This document shows, one piece after another, positions 18,823 through 26,958 of a stretch of DNA of 64,000 nucleotides. Position 1 is the first letter of the stretch. Every line of letters starts with the position of its first letter. This DNA comes from a virus. The notes under the pieces were generated by a model. It had not been told where the DNA came from and did no database searches. It saw only the letters and a program-made list of their open reading frames with translations. The translations under genes were made by a program, and so were the position numbers. The DNA lies in the IMG/VR virus record IMGVR_UViG_3300022188_000007, positions 80,486-144,485 of that record; one strand, 5' to 3'.

Positions 18823-19424
18823 TGGCAGGTTGCTGCACTTTAGTTGGAAATTTTTTAAACGATACTGGAATAAGTCTACCTAATGGTTGCTTTCTCTCAG
18901 TGAACAGTAATGTAAATACAGAGTACTCTGATACAGGCTGTGATGAAATGCTAGGAGGTTATACTATCGGCTCTTTAAACCTATCCGGTTATGCTGGAAC
19001 TGAAGTATATACTGGTTGTGGTGGTCGAGCTGGTACACAGGTAATCTGGTTACGTAAGTATGATTGTTCTTCAGATATATTGTATTTTATATATGCGGGG
19101 GAAGGAAGGTCTTTTTTATCTGAAGATATAACTTTAGATGAGATCTCATTAAATAATACTTATCCTAATCGAACAAGAGTTTTAAGTGCCTCCGCACAGT
19201 CCGGCCCTACAGGGTTTTATACTGATGTGACACAGGCAGAAGGAAAAGGTATGACGTATGCCGGCGGTCCTATTAATTTTGATACTTCAAGTGAGGTCGG
19301 CTGCACTTTAGCCGATATTGGACTCAGTAATAGTGGTAGTTCGTTGTATTTACAGAATTTTAGTATTGAATTAGTACCAGGATCAATCCCGGTAGCTAAT
19401 TATTCTTTTGCATATAATCCTTAA
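18822..19424 (+). CDS. Hypothetical virion protein, possible tail-tube-like fold (200 aa)
   Basis: TAATG coupling to the previous gene. Beta-rich and Cys-containing, with C-terminal LYLQNFSIELVPGSIPVANYSF. Confidence 0.55.
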   Translation: MAGCCTLVGNFLNDTGISLPNGCFLSVNSNVNTEYSDTGCDEMLGGYTIGSLNLSGYAGTEVYTGCGGRAGTQVIWLRKYDCSSDILYFIYAGEGRSFLSEDITLDEISLNNTYPNRTRVLSASAQSGPTGFYTDVTQAEGKGMTYAGGPINFDTSSEVGCTLADIGLSNSGSSLYLQNFSIELVPGSIPVANYSFAYNP

Positions 19425-19438
19425 GGAGGAATATAAAA

Positions 19439-19726
19439 ATGACAAGTATTAGCAGTGGTTTAGAGTATCGTTTGAGGGCAGGGAGTCCAATGCCTACGTC
19501 TTCCCCAGGGGTGTTTGTACTTCATTCATTTATGGCAACGCTTTCATCTGTATACATTGACGATTGTGCCTCAAGTTTACCCTCAAGTAGTCAATTTCAA
19601 GGCCAAAGTTCAGGAGGTTATTTATCCGCTAGTTATTCCAGATTACCTTTATCTGAAGAGAGGTTTAAAGGTAAGATAAACGAGGGCCCGGCCTATGTAA
19701 GCGAATCTGCAGGAGGATATAATTAA
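19439..19726 (+). CDS. Hypothetical protein (95 aa)
   Basis: SD aaggagga upstream and lies within the operon. Confidence 0.7.
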   Translation: MTSISSGLEYRLRAGSPMPTSSPGVFVLHSFMATLSSVYIDDCASSLPSSSQFQGQSSGGYLSASYSRLPLSEERFKGKINEGPAYVSESAGGYN

Positions 19727-19732
19727 ATAATT

Positions 19733-19978
19733 ATGACCACCTTTATGGAATGCGAGTCTTTATCTATAAGCTATAATATTATGGGGATAGCTACAGTTAA
19801 TTATACATTGGTTTCTACTGAAGAAGCTCCAGCATGGCCTTATAATAATGTGTCTGCAGGGAACCAAGTTTTCTCTGGTGTAGTTACTAATGTCTACACT
19901 CAACCTATAGCCAATACAGAGGATGCTTTAGGTGGTCCGTGGTATACTATAAATGTAACATTATTAGCGACAACTTAA
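19733..19978 (+). CDS. Hypothetical small beta-rich protein (81 aa)
   Basis: Lies within the operon and shows an alternating beta-strand pattern. Confidence 0.7.
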   Translation: MTTFMECESLSISYNIMGIATVNYTLVSTEEAPAWPYNNVSAGNQVFSGVVTNVYTQPIANTEDALGGPWYTINVTLLATT

Positions 19979-19994
19979 TAGAGGAGGAATACTT

Positions 19995-20222
19995 ATGGCG
20001 TGCGGTGGGTGTGGTAAGCGAAGAAGGCCTAGTCCTAATACAAGAGCGGTAACTCCAGAGGCGTACGATTTAACTGGTGGTGTCGATGTCAGAAGTTTAA
20101 ATGATAGACAGATAAAGGCTAGATTGGAAGTTTTTAAGCGTAAATTTTGTAAAACTTGTAGTAACAGGTATGTATGTAGTTATGCTATATATCTAGATTG
20201 TAAAGGACTTAATCCACGGTAA
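19995..20222 (+). CDS. Small basic Cys-rich protein (MACGGCGKRRR...CKTC...C...C)
   Basis: SD gaggagg. Two CxxC motifs plus two further Cys suggest metal binding. Confidence 0.75.
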   Translation: MACGGCGKRRRPSPNTRAVTPEAYDLTGGVDVRSLNDRQIKARLEVFKRKFCKTCSNRYVCSYAIYLDCKGLNPR

Positions 20223-20224
20223 TT

Positions 20225-20245
20225 AAGTAACCTAATATATTATAG
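20225..20245 (+). promoter_or_regulatory. Candidate phage late-promoter motif, copy 1 (AAGTAACCTAATATATTATAG)
   Basis: Intergenic and immediately before the SD of 20262. The first 12 nt and last 4 nt are identical to the copy at 29940. Confidence 0.6.
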
Positions 20246-20261
20246 AAAGGAGAAATAAAAT

Positions 20262-20939
20262 ATGAGTATTCAAGTAGTTATAGGCCAGTCCACTATAGTA
20301 GATTTCGGATCTGCCTGTGTGATATCAGCAAACTGGGCATTTGAGCCTGGTAAACAAGATGCTTTTTGTTTAGGGAGCTGGGTCCCCAGCGAGGATCATA
20401 TGATATTCAAACCACAACAAACATTAAGTGTAACCCTATATGCCCCAGGACCCTCACATAATGTAGAGCCATCTGATTCATGCGATATGACCGACACAAT
20501 CGATGCTAGTGTGTCTCCAGGCTTATGTAACGGAACATCTGCACCAATAACAGGGCCATGGATGGTTACGAGTTATAATTATTCTAAAGAATCAAAAGAC
20601 CAACCCGCACAAGAAAGTTGGTCTTTAATTAAGTACATAGGAGCCAGCGCTTTTTTAACAGGCAATGCAGCGTTGAGAGCAGTAGAGCCAGGAACAGTAC
20701 TTAGAGGAATAGCCCAAGGCCAGTGTACTGACGAAGGAGTAACCGGTATCACCTTTGGAACAGGGGGAGCTTATGCAACTTCTGTAAATGGTAGTGTATC
20801 CGCTGGAGCGATAGGAAAACAAACTACAATGCAACACGGTGTGGTAGGCTCGATAGGAGGAGGCTCCAGTGATAAAAATGCTACTGGTACAGGAAGTACT
20901 TCAATTCCTTTAAACCCTATTTATCAGGATGTAAGTTAA
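20262..20939 (+). CDS. Hypothetical virion protein, possible tail-tube-like fold (225 aa)
   Basis: SD aaggag. CVISANWAFEP...CLGS...TLSVTLY...VTSYNYSKE...AQESWSL resembles tube-fold strand patterns, followed by a Gly/Ser/Thr-rich tail. Confidence 0.55.
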   Translation: MSIQVVIGQSTIVDFGSACVISANWAFEPGKQDAFCLGSWVPSEDHMIFKPQQTLSVTLYAPGPSHNVEPSDSCDMTDTIDASVSPGLCNGTSAPITGPWMVTSYNYSKESKDQPAQESWSLIKYIGASAFLTGNAALRAVEPGTVLRGIAQGQCTDEGVTGITFGTGGAYATSVNGSVSAGAIGKQTTMQHGVVGSIGGGSSDKNATGTGSTSIPLNPIYQDVS

Positions 20940-20941
20940 TT

Positions 20942-21376
20942 ATGAATGAATTTTTATTATCAGAACAATTTAAGTTAGAGCTCCATTGGAAGCAAGCTGC
21001 ATATGATCAAGCAGGTATATGTAGATTAAAGGGGGCTTATTTTACAGGCCCAGTTTTACAAGTAGCTGTCCAGATACAATCTAATGATAGTATGTTACTG
21101 GATCTATATTCTCAGTATATAATGCTTGTTAAAGGTACTTATGTAGTTAAATTTTTGTGGGGGGATGTAGTTTATAATGAAGATGGTTCGAAGGTTTTTT
21201 TGTCGGACGCCAGGCTAGAGCATGAGGCAGACCTTAATTCTACACCTAATTTAGATTCTCTAGATTACTTTGTAATTGACACGAGTGATCACGAAATTAG
21301 TATACATCATCGTCATCTAGTGTATAAGACTTTTTTAATAAATTCTAACAACACTTTATATAGGTTTAATGAATGA
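20942..21376 (+). CDS. Hypothetical protein (144 aa)
   Basis: Starts 2 bp after the previous stop and overlaps the next gene by ATGA. Confidence 0.75.
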   Translation: MNEFLLSEQFKLELHWKQAAYDQAGICRLKGAYFTGPVLQVAVQIQSNDSMLLDLYSQYIMLVKGTYVVKFLWGDVVYNEDGSKVFLSDARLEHEADLNSTPNLDSLDYFVIDTSDHEISIHHRHLVYKTFLINSNNTLYRFNE

Positions 21377-21867
21377 GTTATTTAGATAAGTTGTGCATAA
21401 CAGTTTCTGGTACTACCAGTGAGGAGATATGGAAAGAGATTCGTTCTTCTGTTGGTGGGACTCAATTTGATAGCCAAGACGCTATTGATCGAATGAATTG
21501 GGAGATAGCGGACTATGACGCATGGGTAGGTGAGAATGGTTTTGTGCCCTTTGATAAGTGGTTGTTGTGGTTGATCAGAATAGGTACTGTTAGATATGGT
21601 AATTTACCTAGTAATAAAATACATGAAGGTAAAGTTGGTCATAGTTATGCTCCATGTCCTTACTCTACTCAAAGTGATGAACTAAAGACCAGGCTCATGT
21701 TAAAGTTAAAACCATCTGACCCATTACCTGCTAAAGCAGACCACACAGAGTCAGGGGTTACTTATTATTTAAGAACAACAGCTAGAGGTAGTAGGTGGGG
21801 GCAAGGGTGTACTTTTATAGGCTGCCCGTATTATATTTTAAATACTCAAAATTATTTTTATACTTAA
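21373..21867 (+). CDS. Hypothetical protein (164 aa)
   Basis: ATGA coupling. Contains two CPY motifs and a C-x4-C. Confidence 0.75.
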   Translation: MSYLDKLCITVSGTTSEEIWKEIRSSVGGTQFDSQDAIDRMNWEIADYDAWVGENGFVPFDKWLLWLIRIGTVRYGNLPSNKIHEGKVGHSYAPCPYSTQSDELKTRLMLKLKPSDPLPAKADHTESGVTYYLRTTARGSRWGQGCTFIGCPYYILNTQNYFYT

Positions 21868-21885
21868 AAACTAGGAGGAAAAGAA

Positions 21886-22866
21886 ATGGCACTAAACATT
21901 GATACTCAGGATCTTGAAAATTTTCCTGGAACAACAAAAAGAATTACAATCGATTTAAGTAGTATAGTCCCGATAGGGGCTGAAGGGGATGAAAAGTTTG
22001 TATTAAGTACAGTAACTAACTCTTATAGTGATAATGAGGAGCGTACAGGTATACAAGATCTTTATGTGACTAATATGACTGCAGGTTGGTGTAAAAGCTC
22101 AGGGTTTGCTGGCTCTTCAGGTAAGTTTTATTTAGATGATACGCATAAAAGCCTAAAGGTACGGATGGACGCTACAGTGAGCGGGACAGATGGTAGTGGT
22201 TTTTATACTGTAGATCTGACTCCCAATGATGATGATACTCCGGTGTCAGGGGAAGTAGTAGCAGCTGAATTAGAAACAAAGATAAGGGCTGTAAGTGATG
22301 TTATTGATCCTATTGACGCTGGGTTTTCTACCGCGTATAGAAATGCCTCTGTGGAATATAAAAATGGTAAATTCTGGATAGTTTCTGGAAGTATCAGTAA
22401 TTATTACTCAGGCAACCTAAGATCTTCGGTAGTTATTAAAGCAGCAACCGCTAACGATTGTGCTCAAGTTTTAGGGTTTGATCTTCCTACTACAAGTTTT
22501 GATTTATCTAACGTAGCAGTTAAAGAAACTCTATTAAACTCAGGATACACTGCTGATACAGATACATTGAGTGTAAATACTGGTACGGGAGCTTCAGCTG
22601 GTATGGCTTTTATGATCACTGATGGCACTAACACTGAATATTTTACAGCGTTGTCAGGAACCACTGATTCTAGTATTAAAGTGGCTACTTTAGGAACCAA
22701 TGCCTATACCGGAATAGAAAATTCCTATGGAGCTAATTCTGCTAAGTTACAATTAATGAAGGAACAAGACCCTGAAAGTGTACCTACTAATTGGTATACT
22801 TCTATTGATCAATTGGTTCGTTATGGTATAAAGGCATTGGCAAGTCAAATAGATTACAGTAGTTAA
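21886..22866 (+). CDS. Virion structural protein (326 aa) with sheath/flagellar-IN-like module
   Basis: SD aggagg. Shares a module (VAAELETKIRA...KFWIVSG...SSVVIKAATANDCAQVLGF) with the 34729 and 43160 proteins. Confidence 0.6.
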   Translation: MALNIDTQDLENFPGTTKRITIDLSSIVPIGAEGDEKFVLSTVTNSYSDNEERTGIQDLYVTNMTAGWCKSSGFAGSSGKFYLDDTHKSLKVRMDATVSGTDGSGFYTVDLTPNDDDTPVSGEVVAAELETKIRAVSDVIDPIDAGFSTAYRNASVEYKNGKFWIVSGSISNYYSGNLRSSVVIKAATANDCAQVLGFDLPTTSFDLSNVAVKETLLNSGYTADTDTLSVNTGTGASAGMAFMITDGTNTEYFTALSGTTDSSIKVATLGTNAYTGIENSYGANSAKLQLMKEQDPESVPTNWYTSIDQLVRYGIKALASQIDYSS

Positions 22867-22885
22867 TTATTAAAAGGTTATCATT

Positions 22886-23308
22886 ATGAAGATACATAAG
22901 TTTTGGAACACACTCTGCATTGATTTGGACTATAGATTTTTTTCAGGTATCCCTATAGTGGATTTTAAGTTAATGTATGACTCTATGGATGTAGAATTCT
23001 TACACTTTGTCCCAACTTTAGATGAAGTATTAGCGCTAGGATTAGTCAGTGGGATTAAGTTATCAGGGACAGAAGGGGCCGTAGTAATGAGTGCCAAAGC
23101 CTTTGATGTACTTAAGCCTCAATTTGATGGATTTAATAAAGTTTTTAGTGTACCTATACTATTTATTGTTGAAAATGATTACAATCCTTTAGGATTGCAT
23201 CAAGCTGTATTGAAAGATGATGCTAATGTCATCAATAAATTAGTAGCATATATTAACAGTAGCAATGAATCAGCAATTTTAGTAATTAAAGGAGGGACAC
23301 TGACATGA
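22886..23308 (+). CDS. Degenerate ThDP-decarboxylase PYR-domain protein (sulfopyruvate decarboxylase alpha / phosphonopyruvate decarboxylase N-half-like)
   Basis: RFFSGIP...LHFVPTLDEVLALGLVSGIKLSGTEGAVVM matches FFxGVP...xxE-x-xA-xG-xxxG-xxxxG-xxxxVxM of the ComD/Ppd family. The following QNSG motif is lost. Confidence 0.7.
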   Translation: MKIHKFWNTLCIDLDYRFFSGIPIVDFKLMYDSMDVEFLHFVPTLDEVLALGLVSGIKLSGTEGAVVMSAKAFDVLKPQFDGFNKVFSVPILFIVENDYNPLGLHQAVLKDDANVINKLVAYINSSNESAILVIKGGTLT

Positions 23309-23946
23309 CTATGACTAGGAAAAAGATTCTAAATGGTATAGCCGCTTTGGTATTTGATACTGATATTGTTTTTTGTATTGGTAATACGTTATGTAGGGAA
23401 GCTCCAAAATTCACAGAGACTACTGTTTTTTTAGGTGATAATTTTACTGATTTTTTCTCAGTAATTACTGGAGTAGCGATGACGACCGATAAACGTGTGC
23501 TTGTTATAGTGGAAGACCAGTATCTGTTAAGATATTTTAACTCTATTCTTCAAGCAGCAGTAAGTAAATGCACTAATTTATTTATAATAGTTGTAGTTAC
23601 GTCTCTATATGAGGCATTAGTAACTCAACCTAACTTATTTAAGGCATTAAGATCTATTAAAGGCATATTATTTAATTCAGGGATGTTAACTCATGAGTAT
23701 ACTAGGTATTTGGAAACTAAAGCTTCAATTAAACAGTTGAAAGATATATACTATAATACTATGGGGCCGGTAGTAGGTTTAGTAGCTGTGTCGAGTAATA
23801 GGTTATATAATATTAATTCTGATAGTATTTTTACAGAAGAGTTGGATACAATAAGTGAATTTATACAGAATAAAGAAATAGAGACTTCAATTCCAGAAGA
23901 GAAGCGTAGGGTACTAGATTTAGATAAAATCATGAAGGTGAAATAA
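23305..23946 (+). CDS. Degenerate ThDP-decarboxylase PP-domain protein (sulfopyruvate decarboxylase beta / phosphonopyruvate decarboxylase C-half-like)
   Basis: MTRKKIL...DIVFCIGNTLCRE...SVITGVAMTTDKRVLVIVEDQYLL...NLFIIVVVTSLY...TQP follows the ComE/Ppd pattern, but GDG and DN of the ThDP motif are replaced. ATGA overlap with the alpha-like gene. Confidence 0.7.
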   Translation: MTMTRKKILNGIAALVFDTDIVFCIGNTLCREAPKFTETTVFLGDNFTDFFSVITGVAMTTDKRVLVIVEDQYLLRYFNSILQAAVSKCTNLFIIVVVTSLYEALVTQPNLFKALRSIKGILFNSGMLTHEYTRYLETKASIKQLKDIYYNTMGPVVGLVAVSSNRLYNINSDSIFTEELDTISEFIQNKEIETSIPEEKRRVLDLDKIMKVK

Positions 23947-24465
23947 ATGGCACATATTTTAGTTAAAAATAGTTTAAGTAATTATAAGGCAGTGTTAGTT
24001 GACATTAATTTTCCTATAACTGTAACAACTGATTCTGCAGGTGACCCTCAGTGGGTTTTAGAAACTGCTTCTACATACCCATCTGCTAGTGGTACTAAGA
24101 TCAGACCGGCTTATGCACATAAAGCTACAGCATTTAATAGTCTAGATGACGCAGTTGCTGATGCTATATCAGAGATTGCTAAGCAAATTGATTGGCTTCC
24201 TTTAGTGGAGGATGATACTCCTCCATATATATCAGATATAAGGCCTTTAGGTGGTGCTGTTTCAATAGCTTCTAATATTAATATAGATATAAAGGACGAT
24301 GTTCCTTCAGCCGGCATAGATTTATCAGAAGTAAAGGTAACACTGACTACAGAGAATACTGAATTTGATATTACAGATGAATGTGTTATGGATGGAGATC
24401 CTTTTTATTATAATATACATTGGGAACCTCCTACTAGGGTAACAAGAAATTATAAACAGGAGTAA
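23947..24465 (+). CDS. Structural protein with C-terminal Ig-like (Big_5/SbsA-type) domain
   Basis: DDTPPYISDIRP...INIDIKDD...GIDLSEVKVTL...NIHWEP is an Ig-like pattern also seen in the 26959 protein. Confidence 0.6.
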   Translation: MAHILVKNSLSNYKAVLVDINFPITVTTDSAGDPQWVLETASTYPSASGTKIRPAYAHKATAFNSLDDAVADAISEIAKQIDWLPLVEDDTPPYISDIRPLGGAVSIASNINIDIKDDVPSAGIDLSEVKVTLTTENTEFDITDECVMDGDPFYYNIHWEPPTRVTRNYKQE

Positions 24466-24467
24466 TT

Positions 24468-25724
24468 ATGACTACAGATAATTTAAAATTTAGAAAACCT
24501 CACATGACTTTCATAGACGGCTATTTTTACATGCTTGATGATGACACAGACATGCTTCTTCAGAAAACAGATGATGGCATTACTGCATTTTCTTACCCAT
24601 TTGATACTTTAATGACAGACGAGGTCCTAAGTCTTGAGTATGATGGCATCAACTTTTGGTCCCTGCATAATGGGGAAGTTGCTAGTACCTTAGTCGTTGG
24701 TAGGTGGAGAATAGAAAATTATATATGTAAATTAAAAGAAACTATTACATTGAGCAATCCAGGACACAATTTTAATGGCGAAGCATTTACTGTGGAACAC
24801 TACCATTGTACTATAAGCGGTGCTTATTTACCTGGGGATGCAATTATAACCGTTGAATCAGATATTGCAGAATTACCTGGTGAATTATTAAGTGGTATGT
24901 CTGCCACTATAGGTCCTAATTATAATGGAAAAAGTGAAACAATCAACATCCAACATGTTGATGGTAATGTAATAACTTTTGCCGACCCTTTAGAGTACAA
25001 TTATGAGGAGGGCCAGGAACTTAAATTTTATAATCATATATGGTTATTTAATAATGCTCATGAATTGGATACAAATAATGGCGCGCTTTATAAAATAAAT
25101 GCCTACTCAGGGTCTATTTTATTTATATATCCCAGTGGGGTATACAAGGATGTAAAAGCAACCACTTTTTCAGAGATAGATCATTTCATAGATTTCGGGG
25201 TGATAAACTCTTTGATGTATGTAAAGGCTAGTAATTTATTATTTGTTGATATAACTTCGTCTGTATTAGAGTTGGGGTATTATGGCTCTATGGCAATGGA
25301 CACTATAGACGCTAACGAGGTGGATATCCTGGATGTTCTTGATATTTCTGTGTACGGAAAGAATGTGTATAGGTTACAGGAGAAAGCAACTTATTTCGGT
25401 ACTACCTCCACTTGGGCGACTTATAGTTATCAAGCAGCTACATTTAATCAGATGGTAGCTTCCATATCAATGACAGCAACGCCTAATATTATAGCTGCTA
25501 ATGAGGTCAGTGTTTCAGAAATAGAAGCTAGAGTTAAGGACCAATTTTTACAGCCAATAGTAGGCCGTTTAATTTATTTTGCTGTAGCTTCTCAATCTAC
25601 TGGAGTTATCGTAGATGGCTCAGAATATGTTAATACAGACGCTAGTGGGGTGGCGCTTTCTACATATAGATCTGGGTTGGAGGCAGAACTAATTCAGATA
25701 ACAGCAAGGGTACAACAGGTCTAG
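24468..25724 (+). CDS. Structural protein, paralog 1 of 3, with C-terminal Big_1 (invasin-type) Ig domain
   Basis: C-terminal ATPNIIAANEVSVSEIEARVKDQFLQPIVGRLIYF...TDASGVALSTYRSG. Paralogous to 25727 and 26959. Confidence 0.7.
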   Translation: MTTDNLKFRKPHMTFIDGYFYMLDDDTDMLLQKTDDGITAFSYPFDTLMTDEVLSLEYDGINFWSLHNGEVASTLVVGRWRIENYICKLKETITLSNPGHNFNGEAFTVEHYHCTISGAYLPGDAIITVESDIAELPGELLSGMSATIGPNYNGKSETINIQHVDGNVITFADPLEYNYEEGQELKFYNHIWLFNNAHELDTNNGALYKINAYSGSILFIYPSGVYKDVKATTFSEIDHFIDFGVINSLMYVKASNLLFVDITSSVLELGYYGSMAMDTIDANEVDILDVLDISVYGKNVYRLQEKATYFGTTSTWATYSYQAATFNQMVASISMTATPNIIAANEVSVSEIEARVKDQFLQPIVGRLIYFAVASQSTGVIVDGSEYVNTDASGVALSTYRSGLEAELIQITARVQQV

Positions 25725-25726
25725 TA

Positions 25727-26944
25727 ATGACTTATGAGAATATTAAATTTAATAAAGACCACTGCGTAGTACGTAATGGTTATTTTTATTATATAGATGA
25801 GTTAAATAATGTTCTATACCAGAAAGCTTCTGATGGCTTAGCTGTTTTTACATATCCCATCATAGACATAGTTGGCTCCCCAGTAAAATGTATGGGGTTC
25901 GATGGTCGTTACTTTTGGGCTCTTCAAGAGGGCCCCACCAGCCAGGACATCACCATAAAAAAATATTACGAAGTTAATTATGTAATACATTTAAAAGAAA
26001 CGTTAGAGTTTTATAATGACCCAGACCATTCTTTTGATGTGGACACTTTTACGTTAGAGTTCTATAATACCACTTTGTCAGGTGCTGTGTCTAAAAATGA
26101 TACTTCGATAGTTATTAGTAATTACACCGAGAGGGCAGTACCTGGTACTGTTGTGACATTAGGCCCTAACAGTAAGGGGGACTATGAGGATGTAACGGTT
26201 ACCGGAACACTTAGTGATAGTCAGACACTTGGCCTAGACTTTTTTATTGAGCACGACTACGCTGGAGGCGTTCCAGTATATTTTGCAACTAATTTATGGT
26301 TATTAAACAAATACGCATTTAAGGTCTATGATGATGGAGCTCTTTATAAGGTCAACCTACCTAAAAAAGAAATCGAATCTATAACTGTTGATGCTGATTT
26401 TGCGGCCATAACTGCTAGTTGTTTTTATACTACATTCACAGACAGCTATGTACTTCTTGCTTGGGAGAATAGTTTGCGTTTTTTAAATCTTAATACCTTG
26501 GTAGTAGATAAAACTATGGTATTAGATAATATAAAAGTGGACAAGGCCACTATAATACCTATAGTCGCATTACAATTGGATGGTGACACTTTATATAGAT
26601 TACAAAGATCAGCGACATATTTTGGTGTGGATAATGATTTCTCAACTGTTAATTTTCAACCCTCTCCGATGCGTCCTTTTGTGGACTCAGTGTCCATAGA
26701 TGTATTACCTAAGATTCTGCCAGCTAATGGTATAAATGTAGCTGATGTAGAGGCTGTAGTAAAGGATCAATATGGTGCGCCTATTCAAATTAAACCAGTG
26801 GTTTTTGAAGACTCAGATGAGGTAGGGTTTATAACAATAAAAGATGTTTATACTAATTTAGTAGGAACAGCTAAAACTTATTACAAGGCTGGGATAGTAC
26901 CTAATACTGTATTTTTGATGGTAACAGCCACTCAATATGACTAA
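25727..26944 (+). CDS. Structural protein, paralog 2 of 3, with C-terminal Big_1 Ig domain
   Basis: MTYENIKF...TLGP...YRLQRSATYFG...PKILPANGINVADVEAVVKDQYGAP...GTAKTYYKAG. Confidence 0.7.
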   Translation: MTYENIKFNKDHCVVRNGYFYYIDELNNVLYQKASDGLAVFTYPIIDIVGSPVKCMGFDGRYFWALQEGPTSQDITIKKYYEVNYVIHLKETLEFYNDPDHSFDVDTFTLEFYNTTLSGAVSKNDTSIVISNYTERAVPGTVVTLGPNSKGDYEDVTVTGTLSDSQTLGLDFFIEHDYAGGVPVYFATNLWLLNKYAFKVYDDGALYKVNLPKKEIESITVDADFAAITASCFYTTFTDSYVLLAWENSLRFLNLNTLVVDKTMVLDNIKVDKATIIPIVALQLDGDTLYRLQRSATYFGVDNDFSTVNFQPSPMRPFVDSVSIDVLPKILPANGINVADVEAVVKDQYGAPIQIKPVVFEDSDEVGFITIKDVYTNLVGTAKTYYKAGIVPNTVFLMVTATQYD

Positions 26945-26958
26945 AGGGGTTCATTCTA

